A stretch of 64,000 bases of DNA from a virus (IMGVR_UViG_3300028048_000052:64001-128000), one strand, 5' to 3'. Counted from the stretch's first letter, positions 20,356 through 32,363 are shown. Translations and numbers: made by a program. Notes: generated by a model not told the origin, from the letters alone.

Positions 20356-20766
20356 ATGTTAGAAATTTATTCAAAAAATGTTACAGTTTCAGCTGATGGA
20401 ACAATTCCATTAAATACGGTTGCGTTAATTAAAGGCACAAGCACTATGCCATTAGGCACTTCGTCAATTCAATTAACAAAATGTGGAGTTTATGAGGTTA
20501 CAGTATCTTATAGCGTTGTTGGTAGTGCTGCTGGCGAAATCTCCACTTCTTTATTAAAGAATGGCGTCGCCCAACCACAAGCAACAGCTTCATTAACATC
20601 TGCTGATGCAACAAGCATTTTATCAACTTCATTTACAACTTTAGTTCAAGTGCCAGAAAGTAGCAATATTAATTGCCCATGCTCTATGCCAACAACTATT
20701 AGTTTTATTAATGATGGAATTGAAGCAACTTATAATACATTTGATGTTACTGTAGTGCGCGTGTAG
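20356..20766 (+). CDS. beta-sandwich (BclA C-terminal-like) protein, gene 4 of cassette
   Basis: GGAGG RBS before ATG 20356; GVYEVTVS...LLKNGV. Confidence 0.65.
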   Translation: MLEIYSKNVTVSADGTIPLNTVALIKGTSTMPLGTSSIQLTKCGVYEVTVSYSVVGSAAGEISTSLLKNGVAQPQATASLTSADATSILSTSFTTLVQVPESSNINCPCSMPTTISFINDGIEATYNTFDVTVVRV

Positions 20767-20776
20767 GAGGTAGATT

Positions 20777-21343
20777 ATGGCTACCATAGAAGAAATTTAT
20801 TCAAACTTATCAGCGCATATGATTAAGGGTCTTATGGTGCATGACCAAATGGCAAGTTATTATTATTTTCTCAATTTAGAAGGTTATGCAAAATGTCATG
20901 AATGACACTATTGGGAAGAGAGTAAAAATTATTTATGCCTAAAAGAATATTATTTTAAACACCATCAAAAACTCATAAAAGAAAAATCTATTGAAAATCC
21001 GGAAGTAATTCCTTCCTCTTGGATGAGTTATACAAGAGAACAAGTTGATGTTAATACCAAAAGAAGTTCAGTCAAATCAGGACTTGAAAAATGAATTAGT
21101 TGGGAAGAAGAAACAAAAAAGCTATATGAAAAAAGTTATACTGATTTAATGGCTCTTGGATGTATTAGCGATGCAATATTTATTACAAAATTTTTAAAAG
21201 ACGTTGATTGTGAACTTGCGGATGTTAAAAAATATTATATTGAAAAACAAGATGGTGATTTTTTGATAGCTTCAATTATGGGCGACCAAAAATGTAAAAA
21301 AGAAGAATATGAAGAAAAAATGAGGGGAGTTAGCGAAAGCTAA
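20777..21343 (+). CDS. ferritin-like helical protein, gene 5 of cassette (2 TGA=Trp)
   Basis: AGGAGG RBS; H/E-rich helices (HMIKGLMVHDQ, HEWHYWEE, WEEETKKLYE). Confidence 0.7.
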
Positions 21344-21355
21344 TTCCCCTTTTTT
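21323..21355 (+). terminator. intrinsic terminator
   Basis: AGGGGAGTTAGC-GAAA-GCTAATTCCCCT followed by a T run. Confidence 0.8.
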
Positions 21356-21390
21356 GTATTTATAATAAAAAAATAGTATAATGTAGTCAT

Positions 21391-23523
21391 ATGGAAAGAG
21401 AAAAAAAGTTTTATAAAATAGATTTAGATAATTTGGTTATTCCGTATGATAGGGATAGAAATTATAATGATCCAGAAAGGAATCCAGAAGGTGCTGATAC
21501 ATATCTTCCTCCTTATAGTAGTTATAAATTTAACTCTATTTATGAGGGCATAATAATAGAGATGCATATCGTGGATCACTGTAATTTAAATTGCTGTTCT
21601 TGCAATCATTTTTGCCCAATTGCTACACCAAAATATATTGAAGTAGAAGATTTTCGTAATCAATTAATAGCATTAAATGAGAATGTTCCAAATATAAAAG
21701 ATTTTATTATAATTGGAGGAGAGCCAACTTTACACCCAAAACTTTTAGAAATTTGTATTATAGCAAGACAAATATTAAGAAAAGCCGAAATACGTGTTTT
21801 AACAAATGGAGTAAACTTAGAGAATGTAATAGAAAAAAAGGACTATTATAAATCATTAAGAATAAGCTTTGATATCTGTAATTATCCTAGCTATACAAAT
21901 TTAGAACACTATAAAATATTAAAAGAAGCGGGAATAGCTGAGTTTAATAATAGTAGGGTAATTATGCAACAAATTATCGTTGATGAGGAGGGCAAAGAAA
22001 ATTATATAGATAATTATTATAATTGCCCAAAACATCAATTACCTTGTTTTACATTAAGAGATTATAAATTATATATATGTCCTTTTATGGAGCATTCTAG
22101 ACACTATTTTGCAAAAGTTGGATTAGAATACCCAATAGAAGAAAGTGATTATTTAGATATTCGTACTATTGGTGGGGATATTGACAAATTACAAACATAT
22201 ATTTTTACACCCAAAAAATTTTGTAAATATTGTGCTAGAAAAGGAGAAATAATTCCTTGAAATCGTAGTAGTTTTAGCGTGGATGAATATAAATATAGTT
22301 TAAGAGAGATGTATTTTAAAAATTATGATTTATATGAAAAAATTATTAATATAGATGAAACATTTTTTAAAAAAAGTTTTGATAAAAAATATAATCCTTG
22401 CGGAATTCGAGAAGATTTTTTAAGGCAAGAAACAACCAATTTATATAAGCTACGATATTTAACAGGGAAAATAGATATTATAATTCCATATTATAATTTA
22501 AATAAAGATCAAATTGACGAATTAGAAAATACATTGGTAGATCAAACAATAATTAAAGACTGTGTGATTTATTTTATTAGCGATAATTCTCCAAATGAAA
22601 AGGAAGTTTTTAATCGCTTTCATAACCATAAAATTTTAAATTGTATTATGCTAAAAATGCCAACTAGGTCTGGTCCGGGGGCAGCAAGGCAAAAGGGATT
22701 AGATAATTCTTATAGAGATTTTGTTTTTTTCTTAGATGCTGATGATAAATTTTTAAGGAATGATTTATTAGAAATTTTATATAAAATATTTATGACAAAA
22801 AATGAATTAAATGTAATTTTCTTTAATTGCTTTTCAAATTTAAACAAAAAGAATGCCTCCGAAAAAACGTCCTATTGTATAAAAAAAGATTTTTTAAATA
22901 CAAATAATATTCAATTTAATAATTGGTATTATGGAGAAGACTATCTTTTTATGTCAAAATTATATGCCTTTTTACCAGATTCTAGTATGTCTATAAGCAT
23001 AGGGCCTTCTATTGGGAAAACAGTATTATATAATGAAAAAAATGAGACAAATTTATCTACAGAATTACAAAAAATAAATAACTGAAAAGAAAAAATATTT
23101 TTTGTATTATTATCAGCAAGATTAGAATATTTATATTATTTAATTGATCATAATATTTTTAATGAAAATATATGAAATAATGCGTTAGAAAATGTGGCGA
23201 GCTGAATTAAAGAATATAATAACGAAAAAATGACCGATTTTATGATTTGTTATTGCTATTATTACTGCTTAAAGGCAAAAAACGCAAATAGTATATGCTT
23301 TAAAAATTTTGATTTTAAAAATTTTGAAATATTAAAATACCAAGTAGATAATAATATTATTAATTTTAATATTAATAATAATATAATAAATAATCACGAT
23401 AAATTAATTTTATATTTAATAGATTATATTGAAAAAAATTTTAATAATAAAGATCTATTAATACAACCAACCGTTGAAGATATTTTAACAGTATTAAAAG
23501 ATGAGGTGAAAGAAGATGAATAA
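21391..23523 (+). CDS. radical SAM-glycosyltransferase family 2 fusion, about 710 aa (4 TGA=Trp)
   Basis: CNLNCCSC and GGEPTLHP; then IIIPYYN, GPGAARQKG, FLDADD; three track ORFs in one frame ending TAA. Confidence 0.82.
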
Positions 23524-24640
23524 AATTAACAATCAATTTGTTTGTAAGGGATGTAAATATAGCACTTTATTTCATTGTGATAAATTTAATAAAGGCTGTG
23601 TTTCATATAGTTTAAATGGGCGCAGATACCAAATATGTTGCGATGAATGTATTCAAAATAATGGATATGTAGAAGGAGAAAAAGAAAAAAAAGAAAATAC
23701 AAAAAAAGCATATTTTCATCTTCCGGGAATTGAGAATTTAGATATTTTTATTCCATTAATAAAATTTAAGCAGTATTATCCAGAAGCTTGTTATGATGGC
23801 TTTGAAATTAGCGAAATTTATGGGGCTTTTTCTGGAGCAATTTGGAACGGAAGAACGCCTAATTATGATGGTGGACATATAAGTTATGAAGATATAGAAA
23901 GAATTCGTGATATTGCAGAAGAATTAAATATCTCTATTAATTTAACTTGGAATAATCATTTAATTACTGGGACAGACGTTTATGATAGATATTGCAATGC
24001 GATCACAGAAATTTTCCATGATGGAAAACACGCAATAACTGTTGCTTCAGAAGAATTATTTAATTATTTAAAAGAAAAATATCCTAATTTTAAATATTAT
24101 CAAAGCGTAATTTGTTCTTCTAATGACACTGTTGGGTTAAGCAAAAAAGACGAAAGATATGACATGTTTTTATGGACAAGATCTTTAAATAATAATTGGG
24201 AAGAATTAAAAAAAATCCCTTTAGAAGAAAGACCAACAATTGAATTTTTATGTAACGATGCATGTACTCCTATTTGTAATAGAATGGTACATTATAATAT
24301 CGTTAATAAATGTTTAAAAGATAGAAAAAGAGAAACAGAAGCAACTTTACTTGGAAATTATTGCACTATTGATCATGATTTTATGAATTACAACACCAAC
24401 AAATGGGCAATAACAATCAAACCAGAAGATATAAATCTTTATTTAAATGAAGGTTATTGCCATTTTAAGCTTTGTAGTCGTGGAGATATACCACCCGCAT
24501 TGGCGTTAAAAATAGCAAAATACATTGTTAAGCCAGAGTTTGTTGATGATGCTTTTACTTGAATGATACATGGATTAACGCAAACCTCAGAAGAAATAAA
24601 TTTATTAAATAAAGGAGAAAGTAATAATGATAAAAATTAA
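23516..24640 (+). CDS. U32 peptidase-like (probable Fe-S) protein with Cys-rich N-terminus
   Basis: WNGR, LCNDACTPICNRMVHY, FKLCSR; extends through TGA 24560 to TAA. Confidence 0.6.
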
Positions 24641-24866
24641 TGATACATTAATAAACGGTTTAAAAAAAGTTGTAATTAGCAAAAAACCAACTTCGCCTTT
24701 ATTAGAAATAACATTGTTTGGTTCTTCTGATATTGATTTAAATTTATTTTTAAATAAAACCGTTTCTATTAAAAAAGATGACGGTTTATTAATTAAAAAA
24801 TTATATATTTATATTATTTATGAAGAAAAAGATAAATATATAATTTTTGGAGAGGAGAAAGATTAA
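24627..24866 (+). CDS. hypothetical protein
   Basis: AAGGAG RBS; coupled to neighbours. Confidence 0.6.
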   Translation: MIKINDTLINGLKKVVISKKPTSPLLEITLFGSSDIDLNLFLNKTVSIKKDDGLLIKKLYIYIIYEEKDKYIIFGEEKD

Positions 24867-25195
24867 TGGAAAAGAAAACAATTAAATTTATTTTTAAGCA
24901 AGATGAAGATTTAGAATCATTGGATTATGAAATTGATAATATTAGTTATGATATTTCAATTGGCTATACCAAATCAACTAATTTATCAAGAAAGCCAGAA
25001 TTTAGAATTGCTTCATCATTGGTAAAATTAGATGATATTTGGGAAAAAATTGAAAAATTAAATTTTGAAAAAATAGCCACAATTGAAGTATATAAAGACG
25101 CAGAAAAGAAAATGTCTTTTGATTTTAATTTTCTTTCAGCTTCATACAGCATTACTGTTGATGATGAAGTTCAAGAAGAAATTGTTTTAATTTAA
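24866..25195 (+). CDS. hypothetical protein
   Basis: GAGGAG RBS; TAATG overlap. Confidence 0.6.
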   Translation: MEKKTIKFIFKQDEDLESLDYEIDNISYDISIGYTKSTNLSRKPEFRIASSLVKLDDIWEKIEKLNFEKIATIEVYKDAEKKMSFDFNFLSASYSITVDDEVQEEIVLI

Positions 25196-25207
25196 GGAGT
25201 TTATTTT

Positions 25208-25957
25208 ATGGCAACTGCAAATTTTAAAGCTGGCGATATAGTTGATGATGCAGAATTTAATAAACTATTTGAACAATTAGAAGAAATTAGGAAGGTGCAC
25301 AAAGCAGCCAGTGGGTTAACTAGTGCACAACAAACCGCCTTATCAACCGCTTATAATACGACAGTTGCTAATGCAGGAGTAACTGTACGAACATCTGTAC
25401 CAACAGAGTTAAAAAATGATATTACTAATTTAGAAAATTCTCCGTATCTATCTGGGTTTTCATCTCAAATAACGATACCAACAGTTGGAGCCTTATTGTC
25501 ATTTAGTATGTCAAGCGGATGGCAAACGGTTGTAACAAATATGAAAAACGCATGCGCGAATTGTAGTTATTTTAGTTCTAATTTTACTTCCGCTGCGAAC
25601 AAAGGTAATTTTAGTAGTAATTTTACATCAGCAGCAAATCAAAGTAATTTTAGTGCTAATTTTACTTCCGCTGCGAATAAAGGTAATTTTAGTAGTAATT
25701 TTAGTAGTAATTTTAGTCCTAATTTTACATCAGCAGCGAATAAAGGTAATTTTACTGCTAATTTTACTTCTAATAAATCTAGTAATTTTACAAATAATTT
25801 TTCTAGTTATTTTAGTACAAATGCTAGTAAAGGATATTTTTCTTCTAATCAGTCAAACTTTACTTCGAATAAGTGTTCAGGGATATTTAAAATTTTTAAT
25901 GAAAAATATAATACAAATTTAAAAATAAAAAGGATATATAATTGGGTTTTTAATTAA
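25208..25957 (+). CDS. repeat protein, candidate substrate of the neighbouring enzymes
   Basis: About 115 aa N-terminal domain, CANC, then 17 F-[ST]-x units (SNFTSAANKGNF repeats). Confidence 0.75.
   Translation: MATANFKAGDIVDDAEFNKLFEQLEEIRKVHKAASGLTSAQQTALSTAYNTTVANAGVTVRTSVPTELKNDITNLENSPYLSGFSSQITIPTVGALLSFSMSSGWQTVVTNMKNACANCSYFSSNFTSAANKGNFSSNFTSAANQSNFSANFTSAANKGNFSSNFSSNFSPNFTSAANKGNFTANFTSNKSSNFTNNFSSYFSTNASKGYFSSNQSNFTSNKCSGIFKIFNEKYNTNLKIKRIYNWVFN
25561..25875 (+). repeat. coding tandem repeat (AATTTTACT/AATTTTAGT units with 12- and 39-nt periodicity)
   Basis: Repeated AATTTTAC[TA]TC[CA]GC[TA]GC[GA]AA...GGTAATTTT with synonymous variation. Confidence 0.8.
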
Positions 25958-25967
25958 GGAGGAAAAA

Positions 25968-27365
25968 ATGAATTATTATCAACCTCAAAAACCCTCATTT
26001 ATTGATTCAATAAGCGTTATATCTTCTGCGACCTGTAATTTAAACTGTTCTTTTTGTTATTTAAATAAAAACGAAAGTTATAAAATTTTTAACGAAGAAG
26101 TTCATAAAGCATGGCAAGATGGAAGCTATTTAGACAATATTTTAAAAACCGTTATAAATTTTCCTGCTAGTCCAGAAAAAGTAAAAATTATACAGTTATG
26201 AGGTGGAGAAACTCTATTAAATATAGATGATATTACTAAAAATCTATCAAAATTTTATTACTATTTTCCTCAAATTGAGGAATGAAAAGTTTCTACTAAC
26301 TGGGTTATAAATATTGATAATTTTTATAATTTTTTATGTGAATTAGATAAAATTGCGCCTAAAAAAGTAATTTTTTCATTACAAATATCAATAGACGGTC
26401 CAGAAGGAATATATACAGAACAAGGACATAATGGAAAATGAGAGATTTATAATAAAAATTTTGATAAATTTTTTAATTTAATTAATAATACTTTTTTTAA
26501 AAATCTTTGTATTAATTTAACTATTAATGCAACGGTAGCAGAAAATATTTATTATGAACAATTTGGCGATTATAATAATATGAAAAATTATATGGAATAT
26601 ATGTATAATTTTAGCAAATATTTAGAAAAAAACTGTATTAATAAAGCATTAAATTATTGTTCATATGTTGTTTTCCCCGGCATGTCTTTACCTTATTATG
26701 ACTCTGTTGAAGACGGACAAAAATTAGCTAATATATTTGCTTTATGAGATAGAGTAAAAGCAGAAAATTTTCCAGATATTGATAAATATTTTTGCTTCTA
26801 TTATGGAATGAACGATTTTGGATTAAATAAAGCCTATAATTTACCAAATATAGAATGTAGCGAATTAAAAAATAGTGTAACAATTAATCCGGATGGATCA
26901 ATTTGCGAATGCAATGGGTCATTTATTGATCATTTAGATATATATAAAAAAGAATTAGAAGAAAAGGGATTAGATAAAGAATTGAAAGTTTCAAAACTAA
27001 GAGATAAAATAAACTATAATCCCGGAAAAATGACAAAAGAAGAAATAGAAAAACATGATTGGTATATAAAATATGGTTATAAAAACAATACATCAACATA
27101 TTTAATGGCGATGTTTGCCGTATGTAAAGAATTATTAAAATGCGGTCAAATATCTAAAGAATATGAAGATGATGATTTATTATTAAAGCATTTGGTGGCA
27201 TTATCAACCCTTATATCATGTACAAGAGAAAATTTAAAAGAAACAGGAGTTCCATATCTAATCACAGCATCTTGCTTTAGAAGATATTTAAATGGTGCTA
27301 TGGATTATATATATAATAATAATGTATTAAAATTAAAGCATTATAATAATTTTGATTATAATTAA
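25968..27365 (+). CDS. radical SAM enzyme with Cys-containing C-terminal extension, 465 aa (4 TGA=Trp)
   Basis: CNLNCSFC, QLWGGE, STN, QISIDG, INPDGSICEC. Confidence 0.85.
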
Positions 27366-27403
27366 TTATTTTAGTATAATTTTAAGGTTAAAGGAGTTTA
27401 AAA

Positions 27404-28819
27404 ATGGAAAACTGTTTAATATCGGTATTGCCAAAAAATGATGATGCTTCATCCAATTTTAAAACAGAGGATAAAATTTTAGCAAATAATATATTAAAAA
27501 CAAAATTTTATAATTTCTTTAAAAAAGGACAAAAAACTTTAGAAATTTTTTTAATTGGCGCTTGCAAAGCAAATTGCGAATATTGCTATTTAAAAAAGCA
27601 TATAAAAGAATTATATCCATTAGCATTACATAATCAAGAAAAAATTTTAAGTAATTTTAGTTTAATTATTGATTGGTATATAGAAAATGAATTTACTTGT
27701 CCAATTGATATATTCAGCGCAGAATGAATAACAACACCATTAGCAAACAAAATATTTGATATTTTATATGAAAAATTTTCAAATGTAGAAAAATCAAAAT
27801 TACCAAAAGATATTAGAATTGCTGATAATATGCAATTTTTAAAAGATGAAAAAGCAACTGCTGATTTAGAGGCAAATATAGATAGATTAAAATCAATCGG
27901 AATAGATTTTCTTATTTCAGCAAGTGTTGACGGAAAATTCTGTGATTTTGGAAGAACAGAAGTAGAAGACGATTTCTATAATAAATTAAATCTTTTTTTA
28001 GAAAAACATAAATATTATGTTCACCCAATGATCTCTTCTAATAATGTAAAATTTTGAATACAAAATTTTAAATGGTGGAAAGAAAATTTTTCTCCACGAG
28101 TTTGAGATAGAATTATGTCTTTAGAAGTAAGAGATAATACATGAACAGATAAATCTATTCAACAATTAATTCAATACTGTGATTTTTTAGCAGATGAAAA
28201 ATTTAAATATTTTAATTATGATAAAAAAACAATGTTAAAATTTATTCTTAGTCTTCCAACCCCAGTATATGGAGACACAGAAGATACACCACCAGTATCT
28301 TATAATGTAATTGGTCTTCCATCTGTTGATACTTGTTATAATAACGACACAACTTGCTGTAGTATTGGCAATGTCCTCGTTATTAGGGCAGCAGATTTGG
28401 TTGTTAACCCGTGTCATAGAACTTATTATGAAGAGTTAAAACTGGGAGAATACGAAATAATTAATAATAAAATTGGAGATTTTGTGCCAACGAATCCTGC
28501 TCTTCTGGCATTATATACAAATATAAAAAGATCTTGTTTCCCACATTGTGAAAATTGTAAATTCCAAGGAGTTTGCGTTGGACACTGCCATGGGGCAAGT
28601 TATGAAGAATATAGAAATTTATTAGTGCCTCAATATGAAGTTTGTAAAATGTACAGAGCAAAACTTACTTTCTTAATATATAAATATAATATATTAGGAA
28701 TTTGAGATGAATTAGATAATTTAACAGATCAAGAAATATCTCCAATGAGAAAAACATATTTAAAAGACTTAATCAATTCAATCCTTTATAACATGGAAGG
28801 AGAAAAGCCTGTATGTTAG
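27404..28819 (+). CDS. radical SAM/SPASM enzyme, 471 aa (5 TGA=Trp)
   Basis: CKANCEYC, SASVDG; SPASM-type C...PCHR...CENCKFQGVCVGHCHG...C. Confidence 0.87.
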
Positions 28820-29124
28820 ACGATTTTCAAAATATAATTCAATATAGTTACTGTAAAGAGATTGATGAATTATCTTGACAAAGTATTGAAAAAGAATTAG
28901 ATAAAATGATCGTTGAAAACGGGGACGGAATGGGCCCTTATTCAATTATTGATTTTGAAAGATTACTTTTTTTAGAAAATTTTATAAATTCATGAGATAA
29001 TGATGACTCAAACAAAGAAAGACTACTGGGAAAATTATTTCAAATAAAAGATATTATAGTAAATAATTATATTTATAAAAAAAGATTAATCCAAAGATGT
29101 AATTTAAAAGAATGGGAAATATAA
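28813..29124 (+). CDS. small helical protein (2 TGA=Trp)
   Basis: AAGGAG RBS; overlaps the radical SAM stop; absent from the track. Confidence 0.65.
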
Positions 29125-29194
29125 TCCCATTCTTTTTTTTTGCTTTTATTAAGATTATATCTTATAATTTTAATAAAAGGAGAATAAAAAATAT

Positions 29195-30013
29195 ATGAAT
29201 TATGCTTATGTAACTTTATTCGGTACAAATGATTTTTTTCCAAACATTTTAGCATTGTCAATTAGTTTTAAAACAGCAAATTCAAAATACCCATTAATTA
29301 TATTGGTGAATGAAACAATTGATCAAAAAAATATATTATATTTACAAAACAATAATTTAGGAATTATAAAACAAATACCAAACTGGCTATATCATAATGA
29401 TTATTATAATCATTATCCAGTAGAAGAAAAAATAAAACATTATCAATGCACTAGACAAAAATTTGAAGCATTTAACTTAACTGAATATGATAAATTATGT
29501 CTTTTAGATGCAGATGTTGTTTTTTACAAAAACGAAAATTTTGATGATATTTTTGATGAAAAATATGATTTTATTTTCTATGATAAAGGTATATTATATG
29601 AAAATGAAAAAGAATTACATCAATTAGCTAGTGAAACATATTTTTTAACGCCAAACAAAGAATTATATTTACAATTAATATCAGATACATTTTTTTCTTG
29701 AAATGAACAAAGTGTTTTAAATAAACATTTTTTACCTTTAATATCATCGGGCATATATAAAATTATGCCAAATATAATAAAGAACGAAAATGATAATGAA
29801 TATGAACAACTTTATTATGAAAAAATTATTGTACATAATGATATTAAAGAAAGTATTAGGGTAGAAAAAATTAGTGATATTTTTGATTATGTAAAAAAAG
29901 TAAATGAAAATTTATTTTATTCAAAAAAAGACCCTGCTTTAACAAAAGAAGAATCAATTCAGAAAAATCCATATTTAAACGAATATTTAACAAATAAAAA
30001 GGATATTATTTAA
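29195..30013 (+). CDS. glycosyltransferase family 8 (1 TGA=Trp)
   Basis: YAYVTL, KFEAFNLTEYDKLCLLDAD, WNEQSVLN. Confidence 0.82.
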
Positions 30014-30014
30014 A

Positions 30015-31190
30015 ATGAAAAATAAATTAAGTTTATTTACATTAATAGGACTTTTAGCAGGCATTTTATTTGGGCTACTTGCTCAACAACAATATATTTC
30101 AACGATTGCACCAATAGGTACATTATATATAACAATATTAAAATATATGGCTGTGCCGGTTGTATTTACAAGTATCACCGTTTCTGTATTTAATTCAATT
30201 AAATTAAATAACAAATTAATACCAAAAACATTATTAACCTTTGCTTTAATGTTTATTGCTACATTCCTATTATCCTCTGCAATAGTAATGGTAATTAATC
30301 CAGCAAACAGGTTTGTCCTTGAATCTACAGAATGGAATGGATCTACCGCAAATCTTAATATTGGAAATATGTTATTAAATCTATTACCAAAAAACTTAAA
30401 TAAATTTCTAACGGGAGGATATTTATTCTTTACAATTTTAATTTCATTCGTAATGGGGCTTGTTTGTAATTACACCAACTATGGTCAAAATATTATAAAT
30501 GTTATAAGCAAAGTAAGAGATTTCCTTATTAAAATATTAGATTATTTTATGTGGGTATCTCCAATCGCTGTTTTTGCGCTTATTAGTAACACAGTGGCGA
30601 CCTATGGACCAATAGTAGTAGGCGTTGGTACAAAATATATTTTAACAGCATATATTTGCACAATTATTGCTTTGGTTGTTATAATGATTTTACCAATTCT
30701 CTTGATTTGTAAAATATCACCAAAAACTTTTATTAAAAAAGTTTATAAGATTTGGTTAATCACATTAAGCACATGCTCAAGCGCGGCTACTTTACCATAT
30801 ACCATCAAGACTTGTAAAGAAGAATTCAATATACCAGAAGAGGTAACTGATGTAGTAGTACCGCTTGGCACAACAATTCATATGTGCGGCGGAGCAGTTT
30901 CATTCGCTCTATTGGGGTTGTTCTGTGCGAAATTATTTAGCATTGAAATAACATTCACAAAGTATCTAATGATGTTATTTTTCGCAATGATGATTAATAT
31001 GGCCGCGCCCGGTATTCCTAACGGCGGAGTTGTTATTGGAGCAACTTATTTACAGCTTTTGGGGATTCCGTTAGACTTTATAGGCTTTTATAGTGGTATT
31101 TATAAACTACTTGATATGGTTTATACTTCACTAAATGTCACTGATGATATAGCCTCAAATGTAATAATTAATTATTTAAGGGAGAATTAA
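30015..31190 (+). CDS. dicarboxylate/amino acid:cation symporter (DAACS family)
   Basis: STCSSAATLP, PLGTTIHMCG, APGIP; multiple transmembrane segments. Confidence 0.9.
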   Translation: MKNKLSLFTLIGLLAGILFGLLAQQQYISTIAPIGTLYITILKYMAVPVVFTSITVSVFNSIKLNNKLIPKTLLTFALMFIATFLLSSAIVMVINPANRFVLESTEWNGSTANLNIGNMLLNLLPKNLNKFLTGGYLFFTILISFVMGLVCNYTNYGQNIINVISKVRDFLIKILDYFMWVSPIAVFALISNTVATYGPIVVGVGTKYILTAYICTIIALVVIMILPILLICKISPKTFIKKVYKIWLITLSTCSSAATLPYTIKTCKEEFNIPEEVTDVVVPLGTTIHMCGGAVSFALLGLFCAKLFSIEITFTKYLMMLFFAMMINMAAPGIPNGGVVIGATYLQLLGIPLDFIGFYSGIYKLLDMVYTSLNVTDDIASNVIINYLREN

Positions 31191-31267
31191 TTCTCCCTTT
31201 ATTTTTTTATATTGACAAAATTTGACTTTTATGATATAATTATATTGTAAAAGGAGAAAAATAAGAT

Positions 31268-31456
31268 ATGGAATATGACTTACCCAGTAAATGTCCGTTT
31301 AATAATAATCAAATTTGCGAATTAATAAATTGCCCCTGTAACTACACCAAACTTTGTAACATTATTGTAGAAAATATAAAAAAAGAAGATATAAAGAACG
31401 AGGAAAAAAGCATATCAGAACAAGTGATAGAAACATTAACAGAATGGTTTAAATAA
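31268..31456 (+). CDS. small Cys-rich hypothetical protein
   Basis: AAGGAG RBS downstream of a sigmaA-like promoter. Confidence 0.55.
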   Translation: MEYDLPSKCPFNNNQICELINCPCNYTKLCNIIVENIKKEDIKNEEKSISEQVIETLTEWFK

Positions 31457-31457
31457 A

Positions 31458-31868
31458 ATGAAATTTGTATTTAAAAACAATAATTGGTGGGAAGTTGAAG
31501 GAGATAAAATATATAATTCCAAAGGTGGTTATCAAAAATTAGATAAAAAAGCCACTGTAATAGAAGCAGATGATTGGAGTAGTTTAGACTGGTCTTGTCT
31601 TCTTGATAGAAAAAGTTCTATCGGGTGGGTTGCTCCAGATGGAACTTGGTTTGGTTGTTCTTCAAAAAATCAAGAAAAAGTGGCTATATTATTTTTAGGA
31701 GCGCCAGAAGAGGAATTAACTCAAAATGGCTGGGTAAAAGTATTTAGAAGTTGGTTTACTTATACAAGAGATTGGTATACAAAAGGAATGGTAGTTAATA
31801 AAGCTCAAGCAGATACATTATTTAAAAAGGGCTTTATTGTTGATGATTTTCAAATAATGGAGAAATAA
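31458..31868 (+). CDS. hypothetical protein
   Basis: GWVAPDGTWFGC; nine Trp, all TGG. Confidence 0.65.
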   Translation: MKFVFKNNNWWEVEGDKIYNSKGGYQKLDKKATVIEADDWSSLDWSCLLDRKSSIGWVAPDGTWFGCSSKNQEKVAILFLGAPEEELTQNGWVKVFRSWFTYTRDWYTKGMVVNKAQADTLFKKGFIVDDFQIMEK

Positions 31869-32363
31869 ATGACGAAAGAATTTAAAAAAATGAGTTGCCT
31901 ATTAAGTGCGCTGTTGTGCTTTACTGCATGTGGCTCTTTTGTTCATGCAAAATCTCAAAAAGAAAATAATACCAATATTCCTTCTACTGGAGAACCAATA
32001 CTTGTAATAGATCAAGAGGACACTTATGATGAACAAAACATTGAAGAAATTGACACTGACCCAACAGTTGAAGGAACTTATGATCTCTTCACCATCACTT
32101 ACTATTGCGGGTGCGATATTTGTAATGGCAGTTGGGGTGCTTATGACGCCCTTGGTGAGCCCCTTGCAGTTGGCACTGTTGCTTGTAACGTGCTTCCTCT
32201 CGGTACTATTGTTTATATTGATGGTAATAAATACGTGGTCAGAGATCGGCTCTCCTCTATTTATGATGGTGAAAACAGGATTGATATCTATGTTGAAAGC
32301 CATGATCTCGCTAATGAGTTGGGCATTAGATATGATGTGGAGGTATTTATTGAGAACTATTAG
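31869..32363 (+). CDS. secreted 3D-domain protein
   Basis: Signal-like N-terminus; TYYCGCDIC...LPLGT...DR...RIDIY. Confidence 0.75.
   Translation: MTKEFKKMSCLLSALLCFTACGSFVHAKSQKENNTNIPSTGEPILVIDQEDTYDEQNIEEIDTDPTVEGTYDLFTITYYCGCDICNGSWGAYDALGEPLAVGTVACNVLPLGTIVYIDGNKYVVRDRLSSIYDGENRIDIYVESHDLANELGIRYDVEVFIENY

Noticed and set aside
25561-25875. CRISPR or non-coding repeat array
   Set aside because: The repeats keep frame, vary at synonymous positions and have no unique spacers.
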